This document shows, in pieces, positions 9,069-18,615 of a stretch of DNA of 32,000 bases. A model generated the notes under the pieces. It was not told where the DNA came from. It saw nothing but the letters and a program-made list of their open reading frames with translations, and made no database searches. Origin of the DNA: Prochlorococcus marinus subsp. pastoris str. CCMP1986 (GTDB taxonomy: Bacteria; Cyanobacteriota; Cyanobacteriia; PCC-6307; Cyanobiaceae); assembly GCF_000011465.1 (NCBI RefSeq), contig NC_005072.1:1230001-1262000 (forward strand), given 5' to 3'. A program made the position numbers and the translations under genes. How positions within the stretch are numbered: the stretch's first letter is position 1; each line of letters opens with the position of its first letter.

Positions 9069-10106
9069 TTGGAAACACACGTAGAGAGAATTTCAAATCT
9101 TCAGGACTTTAAAAAAGCGAAGTTAGATCGTGAAACCGGATTATTTCTCTATGAAGACATGACGCTTGGTAGAAGATTTGAAGATAAATGTGCTGAGATG
9201 TACTACAGAGGTAAGATGTTTGGTTTTGTACACCTTTATAACGGCCAAGAAGCAATCAGTACTGGAGTGATTGGAGCAATGAAAAGGAAGCATGACTGGT
9301 TTTGTAGTACTTATCGCGATCATGTTCATGCGCTTAGTGCAGGTGTTCCATCTTTTGAAGTAATGAGTGAATTATTCGGTAAAGCAACAGGATGCAGTAA
9401 AGGCAGAGGTGGTTCTATGCATTTGTTCTCAAAGGAACATCATTTATTAGGAGGATATGCTTTTATTGGAGAAGGTATTCCAGTTGCTTTGGGATCAGCT
9501 TTTTCAAGTAAATACAAAAAAGAAGTTGTAGGTGACAATCAAAGTGACTCTGTAACAGCTGCTTTCTTTGGAGATGGTACTTGTAATAATGGACAATTCT
9601 TTGAATGTTTGAATATGGCTCAATTATGGAAATTACCAATTATTTTTGTAGTTGAAAATAATAAATGGGCTATTGGCATGGCTCATGACAGAGCCACAAG
9701 CAACCCAGAAATATGGAGAAAAGCATCAGCTTTCGGTATGCATGGTGAAGAAGTTGATGGGATGGATGTATTAGCTGTGAGGGGAGCTGCTCAAAGAGCT
9801 GTTGAAAGAGCAAGAGCTGGAGAGGGTCCAACATTACTGGAATGTTTAACTTACAGATTCAGAGGTCATTCTTTAGCCGACCCAGATGAATTAAGAGCTG
9901 AGGAAGAGAAGGAATTCTGGGCCAAAAGGGACCCTATTAAGAAATTAGCTAATCAGATCATAGAAGGAAATTTTGCTCAAGAGGAGGAATTAAAGAGTAT
10001 AGAGAAAAAAATAGATTTAGAAATCTCTGAATCTGTTAAAAATGCTCTAGATGCTCCAGAACCGCCTTCTAACGAATTAACTAAATATATTTGGGCTGAA
10101 GATTAA
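9069..10106 (+). CDS. pdhA: Pyruvate dehydrogenase E1 component, alpha subunit
   Basis: [27 protein letters not shown], the ThDP motif [12 protein letters not shown], and [15 protein letters not shown]. The start is TTG at 9069; an in-frame stop lies at 9057-9059, so no ATG alternative exists. Confidence 0.93.
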   Translation: METHVERISNLQDFKKAKLDRETGLFLYEDMTLGRRFEDKCAEMYYRGKMFGFVHLYNGQEAISTGVIGAMKRKHDWFCSTYRDHVHALSAGVPSFEVMSELFGKATGCSKGRGGSMHLFSKEHHLLGGYAFIGEGIPVALGSAFSSKYKKEVVGDNQSDSVTAAFFGDGTCNNGQFFECLNMAQLWKLPIIFVVENNKWAIGMAHDRATSNPEIWRKASAFGMHGEEVDGMDVLAVRGAAQRAVERARAGEGPTLLECLTYRFRGHSLADPDELRAEEEKEFWAKRDPIKKLANQIIEGNFAQEEELKSIEKKIDLEISESVKNALDAPEPPSNELTKYIWAED

Positions 10107-10107
10107 A

Positions 10108-11049
10108 TTAAATCCCACTAGGTAATTTTCTAGTTAAGTTTCTTAATTTTCTAAGAGCCTTAAGTTCCACTTGTCTTACTCTTTCTCTAGAGACTTCTAA
10201 TAACCTACCTATTTCTGCTAATGTATGTCTCTCATTTCCATCTAACCCAAATCTTAACTTGAGAACATGTTGTTCTTGTTCGCTTAAGTGACTTAACCAC
10301 TTTCCTAACTGCTCTTGATGCATCTTTTGCTCAACTTGGTCCAGGGGTTCTTCATTATTACTGTCTGCAATAAGGTCACCCAAGAAACTCCTACCATCAT
10401 CTCCATTTACAGGTGCGTCCAAACTACTTGTAGATAGAGCTTGTCTCAATACAGAATCCAGTTCTTCTACATCTATTTCCATTGCTTCCGCAATTTCAAT
10501 TCTACTTGGCATTGCTCCAAGTTTATGAGCTAATTCCCTACTTATTTTTCTTATAGTGGCAAGCCTCTCACTTAAATGAACTGGTAAACGAATAGTTCTG
10601 GATTGGCAGGCAATAGCTCTGGTCATACTTTGACGAATCCACCAAAAGGCATAAGTAGAAAACTTATATCCTCTTGTAGGGTCAAACTTTTCGACTGCTC
10701 TCTCTAAACCTAAAGAACCCTCTTGAACAAGATCTAAAAGTTCTAGTCCTTTACCTTGATATTTTTTCGCAACACTAACTACTAACCTTAAATTAGCTTT
10801 CATCATTCTCTCTTTTGCTCTTCTTCCAATCTTTATAGTTCTTTTATCTTGAGGAGTAAATTCTTTTGTTTTTTCATTTAGTTGACCGTCTTCGGTTAGA
10901 ACCATCATTTTTTGAACTTGGTTACCCAATTCAATTTCTTCAGCAGGTGTTAATAAAGGGACGCGACCTATATTTGAAAGATACCAACTTATAGGGTCAT
11001 TACCTCTTCTTTTTTGGGGTTCAGTTGATGTTGTTGCTGATGCAGCCAT
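10108..11049 (-). CDS. RNA polymerase sigma-70 family factor (cyanobacterial group 2 type)
   Basis: Region 2 (LRLVVSVAKKYQGKGLELLDLVQEGSLGLERAVEKFDPTRGYKFSTYAFWWIRQ), and region 4 (LAEIGRLLEVSRERVRQVELKALRKLR). At 313 aa it is too short for the primary sigma factor. Confidence 0.9.
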   Translation of the reverse strand: MAASATTSTEPQKRRGNDPISWYLSNIGRVPLLTPAEEIELGNQVQKMMVLTEDGQLNEKTKEFTPQDKRTIKIGRRAKERMMKANLRLVVSVAKKYQGKGLELLDLVQEGSLGLERAVEKFDPTRGYKFSTYAFWWIRQSMTRAIACQSRTIRLPVHLSERLATIRKISRELAHKLGAMPSRIEIAEAMEIDVEELDSVLRQALSTSSLDAPVNGDDGRSFLGDLIADSNNEEPLDQVEQKMHQEQLGKWLSHLSEQEQHVLKLRFGLDGNERHTLAEIGRLLEVSRERVRQVELKALRKLRNLTRKLPSGI

Positions 11050-11189
11050 TTTTTACCTAGATTGAGGTATTAAAACTTTCCTACACTTTTATTGAAATAC
11101 GCGATTACTTAATACCTGCTTCAGATTTCAGGTGCAAATTGTGTAGTTATGTGTTAGAAACTATAAAAAACTCTTTATAATTGTTTCTT

Positions 11190-12755
11190 TCATGACATTA
11201 GCCTCGTTTTTGTTTTTCTCATTAACTTTGATAATTGGGCTCCTATTAAAGAAGCATTTGATCCTTTTTTACACTTTGATGCAGCAAAAGAGTGTAAAAA
11301 AACGTATTTTGCTAAAGATTCAGTCTTTGTGTAATCTCTAGAAGACAACTCTATTGATGAACATCCACCAATAAATCCAGATAAAAGATCTCCTAAACCC
11401 GCTCTCGAAGTTTCAGCATCAGTTCCAAAAAGTTGCCATGCATTTTCGTTATTGGCAATAACACTATTTGCTCCCTTTAATAAAATACTTATATCAAATG
11501 CTTTTGCAGCTTTTTTAGCTAATTCAACTTTGTTAGTACAGTCAATCTCAGGGAATAACCTCATAAATTCTTTATTATGGGGAGTAATCCAAGTCTTAGA
11601 TTTTCTTTCTAAGAAAAATTTAGGTCCCAAATTTGATTTAGAAATTCTATTAAGTGCATCCGCATCAAGAATCAATAAACCTTTTAAATCTAATAAGTAC
11701 TGTGTTGATTTTTCCCAATCTTCCTCATTCAAGCCAATTCCTGGACCAATAACTATTGAATCATAAGCAGAAAAATCAACATTCTTTAAGGCATTGAATA
11801 AAATTGAATTTCCATTTTTGTCGCTACTGAGACTTCCTGTAACTACTACTTCTGGTTCAACTTGCCAAATAGAATTTGAAACTAAATTAGGGATAATTGC
11901 TGATACAAATCCTGCCCCACTTGAAATAGCACCTTTTATTGCTAGATATGCTGCCCCAGGATATTTTTCACTTCCCGCAATTACTAATGTTCTGCCTCTT
12001 TTATATTTACTTGAATTTTTTGGCAGTAAAGGAAGCTTAATTGTTCTTAAATCTTGATAAGAAATTTTTAAAATCTTACTTTCTAATTTACATAATTGAC
12101 TTCTACATATACCTATATCGATATGATGTAATTCGCCAACGTAAGGTAGTGCAGTATCTTGTAATAATCCAATCTTATTAAGACCGACAACTAAATTAAA
12201 ATCAGCTTTTACAGCATTTTTCAAGAAGGGTTTCCCAGAATTAGGACATAAACCCGTTGGAACATCTATGCTTACAACCTTACCAGACCTTTTTTCAAAT
12301 TTTTTATTAAATAATTCAATTAATTCCTCATCAACTTTTCTTTTTTGATTATTCCCAAAAATAGCATCAATCCATAAGTCTTTCCCTTCAGGATTGGGAG
12401 AATCTCCTAATATTTCTACTCCAAGAGATGTAAGATAATTTACATAATTAATCGTTATTGTTTTTTTTAAAGGAAATGGGCACCATAATTTAACTAGGTA
12501 TCCCTTTAAAAAAAGCTCTTTAGCGATTACTGCCCCATCCCCACCATTATGGCCAGGACCTAAAAAAACGATTACTCCCTTCTTTAAAAGAGATTTTCTT
12601 TTCAAAAGCCATTTAGATAGTTGAATTCCAACCTTTTCCATCAAAGCCTCTTGAGGCATTCCTTGAGAAAAAATTTCATTCTCTAAATCCAACATTTGCT
12701 TTGAATAAACAACTAGATGTTTAGAGTCAATTGTTGGCCATCCAATTTCTTTCAT
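11190..12755 (-). CDS. nnr: Bifunctional NAD(P)H-hydrate repair enzyme Nnr (YjeF_N epimerase plus ADP-dependent dehydratase)
   Basis: The N-terminal half carries GPGHNGGDG. The C-terminal half is carbohydrate-kinase-like (TPHNKEF, GDLLSG). Confidence 0.85.
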   Translation of the reverse strand: MKEIGWPTIDSKHLVVYSKQMLDLENEIFSQGMPQEALMEKVGIQLSKWLLKRKSLLKKGVIVFLGPGHNGGDGAVIAKELFLKGYLVKLWCPFPLKKTITINYVNYLTSLGVEILGDSPNPEGKDLWIDAIFGNNQKRKVDEELIELFNKKFEKRSGKVVSIDVPTGLCPNSGKPFLKNAVKADFNLVVGLNKIGLLQDTALPYVGELHHIDIGICRSQLCKLESKILKISYQDLRTIKLPLLPKNSSKYKRGRTLVIAGSEKYPGAAYLAIKGAISSGAGFVSAIIPNLVSNSIWQVEPEVVVTGSLSSDKNGNSILFNALKNVDFSAYDSIVIGPGIGLNEEDWEKSTQYLLDLKGLLILDADALNRISKSNLGPKFFLERKSKTWITPHNKEFMRLFPEIDCTNKVELAKKAAKAFDISILLKGANSVIANNENAWQLFGTDAETSRAGLGDLLSGFIGGCSSIELSSRDYTKTESLAKYVFLHSFAASKCKKGSNASLIGAQLSKLMRKTKTRLMS

Positions 12756-12800
12756 AATTAGTTCAAAGCAATTAAAAACTGTTCAAAATTTTAAATTTCC

Positions 12801-13973
12801 ATGTTAAAGACTTTAAAGGATAAAAAATTAGAGAACTGTTCTTCTATAAATAATAAATCTAAAAAACAACAAAAAATAATTGTTGGTCTTTCAGGTGGAG
12901 TAGATAGTTCACTATCTGCAGCTCTTCTTATAGAAGATGGTTGGAAAGTTGAAGGCCTAACTCTTTGGTTAATGAAAGGAGAGGGCTCATGCTGTTCCGA
13001 AGGATTAGTTGACGCTGCAGGTCTATGTGAAGATTTAGGAATTAATCATAATATATTGGATTCAAGAGTAATTTTTGAAAGGGAAGTAGTTAAAAAGACT
13101 ACTGAGGGATATGAATCCGGTTTCACTCCACTTCCATGCTCGATGTGTAATAAAAATGTAAAATTTGAAGAAATGCTCAATTTTGTTATTAAACAAAAAG
13201 AGTTTACTTATATTGCTACTGGTCACTACGCGAGAGTTCAAAAAGTTTCTTGCGAGAACATCAAAAACTATGAAAATTTCCAATTCAAGGATTTCTTACT
13301 CCTAAGGGGGGCTGATAGAAATAAAGATCAGAGTTATTTTCTTTACAGTCTTTCCCAAGAGGTATTAAGCAGATTAATACTTCCCCTCGGAAATCTTAAA
13401 AAAGAAGAGACAAGAAAAGAGGCCTTAAGATTAGGACTTAGAACTGCAAAAAAACCAGAGAGTCAAGATCTATGTTTAGTTGAACATTATGGATCTATGC
13501 AAAAATTTATTGATAATCATATTGAACCTAAAGAGGGGGAAATTAAGCATATTAATGGAGAAATTCTTGGCACTCATAATGGTATTCAACATTTCACAAT
13601 TGGGCAAAGAAAAGGTTTGGGTATTGCTTGGCCAGAGCCTTTATATGTAGAAAGTTTAGATAAACAAAAAAATATAGTTTATGTCGCAAATAAAAAAGAT
13701 CTTTTTAAAAGAGAAGCCATAATAAAAGAAATTAACTGGGTTTCAATTGAAGCACCTTTAAAAGAAATAGAAGTAGAAGCGCAAATAAGATATCGGAGTG
13801 AACCCGTAAAAGGAATTTTAGTTCCTGTAAAAAATGAAGACAACTTAACCAAAAAGTTTAAATTAATTTTCGAAGATAACCAAAGCTCTATCACTCCTGG
13901 GCAAGCAGCAGTTTTTTATAAAGATGAAATTCTATTAGGAGGCGGATTAATTTGTGAATTTTCCAAAATATAA
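12801..13973 (+). CDS. mnmA: tRNA-specific 2-thiouridylase MnmA
   Basis: PP-loop [16 protein letters not shown], and KDQSYFL. Confidence 0.93.
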
Positions 13974-15437
13974 ATTTAATCCTATTAAAAACAAACATAA
14001 TAAGAACAAGGGGCGTTCCCCATATGTTGTATAGAAAGTTTTTTCAATAGAAAAATTAGGATTTACAACATCATTTTGCTCAGTATTAGGATCAAAGAGT
14101 TTAATTATTTTTCCTTCTTCACTTATTAATCCTGAAGGACCAGTATTTGAAATAATTATATTATCTTTTTTATTTTCTATACTTCTTACTCTGGCCAAAG
14201 ATAGAAATTGATAATGAAGCTTCCTTGGATAGGGATCTAAGTTAGCTGCTGAAATTATTAGTTCTGCCCCACTTTTTACAGCATTTCTTATTTTAAATCC
14301 ATCAGTAATTTCATAACAAATTGCTATTGCAAGTGGCTGAGTAAATTTCCATTTAAAAAACCTTGAATCTGATCCTGGCTGAATACCTCCTACTGCCGAT
14401 AGTCCTCTTGAGAATATATTTAAGAATCCTGGAATTTTCTCCCCCAAGGGTACCAGTCTATGTTTATCAATGAAAGATGAATAAGTTTTATCCCCAATTT
14501 GATATCCAAGCAAAGAACTTCTTAGGCCATTTTTAGAGTTTCTAAAACCTCCTGCCAACATCCTTATTTTGCTTTTGAAATTTAAATTGAAATTATTATT
14601 TAAAGTCCCCTCGGGTGTAATAAGTAGTTTTGCATCATTTGATAGAGCAATTTTTTGAGCAGAAATCAACTTATCATTTATAAATTGATTTTTAAAATTC
14701 GTTTTTTCTCTTGTGGGCATATTAGTTTGCCATAGAGCTACTGGATAGTCATTATTTCTTTCAATTGGGTTCGTTAAACCTCCAAGGAAATGTAAAATGA
14801 CGAGAATCAAAAGCCCAAATAAGAATGTTTTTTTAAAATGATATTTTCTTTTCCATTTCTCATAAATTAGGTATATCCAAAAACCTATAGTTAACTGCAC
14901 TACACATAAACCACTCGCACCAATCCATCTTGCTAAACCTGCAAGATACAAATCTCCGGGAACTATTCCTTCCCCCAAACCAATCCAAAAAAGAGGCGTT
15001 TGGGAAAGAATGAATTCACCTATACCCCAGGCAAAAGATAACAATAAAACTTTTATAGTTAATCTTAAAGAGTTCATATTAGAAATTTCTTTTTTTTGGA
15101 GAATTTTTTTAACTAAAAGACCCCATAAATAAACCAATATTCCTCCTATTATTGAGCAACCAAACAAGATTGAAATAGAAATAATTAAACTTGATATCCA
15201 CGAAAAACCTAACCAGGTCAATGGGTGAAGTTCATAAAGCCAAGAATGACTTACTAAAATAAAGAAAAACCCCCAAAGAAAGTTTGCTAATTTTTTATCA
15301 CTTCTACTCCATAAAATAAATAAGGATAATGGCATAAAAAGCAGCCAAAAATGCGTAGATGTGGCAATTCCTCCAAAAATGCCACCTAAGCATGGAACAA
15401 AATACTTATTAAACTTTTTATTTTGAGTATTAATCAA
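13947..15437 (-). CDS. lnt: Apolipoprotein N-acyltransferase
   Basis: Multi-TM N-terminal half plus a CN-hydrolase domain (AICYEITDG). The longest ORF starts at TTG. The 3' end overlaps mnmA by 27 bp. Confidence 0.8.
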
Positions 15438-15525
15438 TAATATAAAATTTCTAAATTAATTCTTTTTAAAAGATATATTATTGTACCTTCTTCTGTAGAA
15501 TTGAAATAGTGACTTTTAAAATTAA

Positions 15526-16098
15526 GTGAAAGAAGTTTTAATTAGTTTTACGATTTTTGTATTTTGCCTTTCATTAACTCTGTTTAGTCAATTTAACTCC
15601 CCTCAAGTTGTTAATGCAGCTGAATCAAAAACTGAATTCGTAAATAAAACACCTATTGCAAAATCATCTAATGTTTCAAATACCAATATATTTGAATTAG
15701 ATCCATCAGATCCAAACCCAATACTTTTCGCTATGGCAGAAGAAACACAAGAAGAAAGCAATTCTAGAACTACAGATAGTGGTTTAATTATTGTAGATAT
15801 AATTAATGGAGAAGGAGATGAAGCAAATTCTGGGCAAACAGTTTCTGTAAACTATACAGGAACACTAGAAGACGGAACCCAATTTGATACCAGTATTGGC
15901 AGAGGGCCATTCAGTTTCCCATTAGGTGCAGGGAGAGTAATCAAGGGTTGGGATGAAGGAGTAGCCGGAATGAAAGTTGGTGGAAAAAGAAAATTAACAA
16001 TTCCTCCTGAGCTAGGATACGGATCAAGAGGAGCAGGAAATGTAATTCCTGCAAATGCAACTTTAATTTTTGAAGTTGAATTATTGAAAGTCAATTAA
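15526..16098 (+). CDS. Exported FKBP-type peptidyl-prolyl cis-trans isomerase
   Basis: Signal peptide ending VVNA/AE. The FKBP domain carries [14 protein letters not shown]...[15 protein letters not shown]...LIFEVELL. The start is GTG. Confidence 0.9.
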   Translation: MKEVLISFTIFVFCLSLTLFSQFNSPQVVNAAESKTEFVNKTPIAKSSNVSNTNIFELDPSDPNPILFAMAEETQEESNSRTTDSGLIIVDIINGEGDEANSGQTVSVNYTGTLEDGTQFDTSIGRGPFSFPLGAGRVIKGWDEGVAGMKVGGKRKLTIPPELGYGSRGAGNVIPANATLIFEVELLKVN

Positions 16099-16172
16099 AG
16101 TAAGAAATAACAACTAAAACTTTTCAATTTAGTTAATCTACAAGTAAGATATATTCAAATATAAAAAAACGA

Positions 16173-16643
16173 ATGTTAACTAAATTAGTCAATTCTCTTT
16201 TAAATAAAAAATCTACATTGGAAGTTCATGCTCACTGTGATGGTCCTTGTGGTGTTTACGACCCTGCCTCTACAAGAGTCGCTGCTGAAGCAGTATTAGC
16301 AATGACAAAGAAGCTAATTGCGCTTAATCCTCCTTCAAGTACAGACTCAGCAGATTGGGCTGCTTACAGTAATACGTTTTCTAGATTTGTAGCAGTTAAA
16401 GAAGAACAGGCTAAAGAAACTAAGAAAGAAATTCTAATCTTATGGACAGATTACTTTAAACCCGTTCACTTAGAAACTTATCCAGATTTACATGAAACAA
16501 TCTGGAAAGCAGCGAAATTATGTAGTGCTTGTAAAGTGAATATTGATCTTGCTCAAGCCGAAGAATTAATGAGTTATGTAGAAAAGATACATAACATCTT
16601 CTGGGAATCAAAAGGCAGAAGTGATGCTTTTGTAAAAAGCTAG
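16173..16643 (+). CDS. sodN: Nickel-containing superoxide dismutase precursor
   Basis: The Ni-hook HCDGPCGVYDP starts at His21 (CAC 16233-16235), after the 20-residue propeptide MLTKLVNSLLNKKSTLEVHA. Confidence 0.95.
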   Translation: MLTKLVNSLLNKKSTLEVHAHCDGPCGVYDPASTRVAAEAVLAMTKKLIALNPPSSTDSADWAAYSNTFSRFVAVKEEQAKETKKEILILWTDYFKPVHLETYPDLHETIWKAAKLCSACKVNIDLAQAEELMSYVEKIHNIFWESKGRSDAFVKS

Positions 16644-16729
16644 CTAGTTCAATTATTTTTAAAAGTTTTTACGATTTAATTGCCTTTTTTTTTGGGCTAA
16701 GAAAAATAGCAACCGTCAAAGGTCAATCC

Positions 16730-16996
16730 ATGTTGCCTACTTTAAAAGAAGGTGACATGGTTTTTTTTAAAAAATATATAAAAAAAAAATCACTTTTGAA
16801 AGCTGGTCAAATAGTAATTATCTATCATCCTCTTAAAAATATTAGGTTAATTAAAAGAGTAAAAATTGTAGGTAAAAATAGTATAGAAGTTTTAGGGGAT
16901 AATATTGAATACAGCAATGATAGCAATAAATTTGGATTAATTAATAATGAAAAAGTAATTGGAATAGTTACTTCAAAAATTAAAAAAATATTCTAG
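16730..16996 (+). CDS. sodX: NiSOD maturation peptidase SodX (S26 signal-peptidase-like). Coordinates run from the first canonical ATG; the true start must be upstream
   Basis: The nucleophile motif VKGQ-S-MLPTL is encoded in frame, but its Ser codon (16727-16729) precedes the ATG. The Lys box LIKRVKIVG is present. The gene lies immediately downstream of sodN. Confidence 0.8.
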   Translation: MLPTLKEGDMVFFKKYIKKKSLLKAGQIVIIYHPLKNIRLIKRVKIVGKNSIEVLGDNIEYSNDSNKFGLINNEKVIGIVTSKIKKIF

Positions 16997-17661
16997 GTCA
17001 AAAATAGAGAAGTACTTTTTTGGACCCAAAACAAACCCATAGAAAAAGATAATCCACCCGCAAAAGCTATTAACCTTCTAATAAATTTTTGACCTGCATT
17101 TAAAGTTGTTACAGAGATTAGGCAAGTAAACAAAACCATACTTGCTAAAGAACCACTCAAATATGAAATTAAATAAGCAAATGCATTAGGAAGAGGTAAA
17201 GCTAATGCTGGAAGAACTGCGAGAAAATGTGAGCCACCTGCTAAACCATGAAGTAATCCTAGTCCTGTCAATGCATGAGAATGCTTATTATGTTTTTTTT
17301 GATCTTCACTATGAAAATGCAAATGATGATGAGCTACACCATTATGTTGATGAGAGTGAGAGTGAAGGTTTAGATGTAAAGAATTTCTTATCGCAAAGAA
17401 TCCAACAATAAGAAGAGAAATTCCAACTAAAAATTCAGCGAAAATAGAAAATTTACTTAAAGGGGTAATATCTTTTATAAAAATTGCTAGAAAGGCTAAA
17501 AATATTATTCCTGAAGAGTGCCCCAAGCCCCATGAGATACTATTTCTCGCTGCAATTTTTGGACTCGTAATCGATGATGGGGCCATTGCAATCAGATGAT
17601 CAGCGCCACTTACCACATGAATAAATCCAGCAAGAATTCCAGTTAATATTACAACCTGCAT
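16993..17661 (-). CDS. sodT: Putative nickel permease (NiCoT/NicO-like; the gene next to sodN-sodX has been called sodT in marine cyanobacteria)
   Basis: About six TM segments, HVVSGADHLIAM near the N-terminus, and a His-rich loop HLNLHSHSHQHNGVAHHHLHFHSEDQKKHNKHSH. ATG at 17661 is preferred over TTG at 17673. Confidence 0.75.
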   Translation of the reverse strand: MQVVILTGILAGFIHVVSGADHLIAMAPSSITSPKIAARNSISWGLGHSSGIIFLAFLAIFIKDITPLSKFSIFAEFLVGISLLIVGFFAIRNSLHLNLHSHSHQHNGVAHHHLHFHSEDQKKHNKHSHALTGLGLLHGLAGGSHFLAVLPALALPLPNAFAYLISYLSGSLASMVLFTCLISVTTLNAGQKFIRRLIAFAGGLSFSMGLFWVQKSTSLFLT

Positions 17662-17715
17662 TGATAAATACAACTTAACAATACTCAGTTTTATAGCATA
17701 AATATCCAGCTTTAA

Positions 17716-18603
17716 TTAAATTGAGTTAAATAATTTCTTAAAAGAGTTTTCAATATCACTTTCCCTCATAAACCGTTCGCCAATTAAAACCCCCTTTATT
17801 CCAATCGAATTGAGAGTTTTTAAATCATCAGAGTTATTTATTCCAGATTCACTAATAGGAACAATATTATGTTTTGAAAATATATCCGAATATTTACTCA
17901 TTATTCTTATTGATGTTTTTAGATCAGTTTTAAAAGTCTTCAAGTTTCTATTATTTATTCCTATTAAATTAAATGATTTCAAACTCAATATTCTTTCAAG
18001 TTCTTGACCATCATGAACTTCAACTAAAACACTCATCTTTAAATTATCTGCAATTTTCTTCAAATAAAATAAATCATCATCGCTTAAGATCGCAGCAATT
18101 AATAATATTGCATCAGCACCAGATACTCTCGCTTTATATATTTGATAAGCAGAAATAATAAAATCTTTGCAGAGCAAAGGCAGATTAGTTGCTGTTCTGA
18201 CATCTTGAAGTATTTCATAACTTCCTTGAAAAAACCTTTTATCAGTCAATACCGAGATACATGAGGCACCAGACTTTTCATAACAAGAAGCAATTTCTTT
18301 TGGTTTAAAATCTTCTCTAATAACACCTTTACTAGGGCTAGCTTTTTTAATCTCAGCAATCACTCCCGGTTTAATTTTGGAATGCAAAATACTTTGAAAA
18401 AAATCTTTTGGTGGAGAAAGTTTATCAAGTTTTTTTATTAAATCTTCAAGGGAGACTATTTTCTTAAAATTTTTGATTTCAGTATCTTTGTACCAAACAA
18501 TTTCCTCAAGAATATTTTTTGCTTTTGCCTCTCTATGAGGAACAGCATATTCTAAATTTTCTACCCTGACTGTTGGATTTGGTGGCCTACGTCGTATTTC
18601 CAT
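17716..18603 (-). CDS. trpC: Indole-3-glycerol phosphate synthase
   Basis: [10 protein letters not shown]..., [12 protein letters not shown], and LVEVHD. ATG at 18603 is preferred over TTG at 18609. Confidence 0.92.
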   Translation of the reverse strand: MEIRRRPPNPTVRVENLEYAVPHREAKAKNILEEIVWYKDTEIKNFKKIVSLEDLIKKLDKLSPPKDFFQSILHSKIKPGVIAEIKKASPSKGVIREDFKPKEIASCYEKSGASCISVLTDKRFFQGSYEILQDVRTATNLPLLCKDFIISAYQIYKARVSGADAILLIAAILSDDDLFYLKKIADNLKMSVLVEVHDGQELERILSLKSFNLIGINNRNLKTFKTDLKTSIRIMSKYSDIFSKHNIVPISESGINNSDDLKTLNSIGIKGVLIGERFMRESDIENSFKKLFNSI

Positions 18604-18615
18604 AAACAAATCAAT

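Noticed and set aside
8980-9084. A 34-aa ORF ([34 protein letters not shown]) overlapping the pdhA start; a possible uORF.
   Set aside because: I can see no motif, no hydrophobic segment and no coupling signal. Chance ORFs of this size are expected in a 150-bp spacer.
11065-11117. A 9-bp perfect inverted repeat AGGTATTAA / TTAATACCT, 35 nt apart, in the sigma-factor 5' leader.
   Set aside because: A rough estimate, assuming about 0.29 match probability per base, gives tens of such 9-bp inverted repeats by chance in 32 kb of AT-rich DNA. The stem is AT-rich and has no U-tract.
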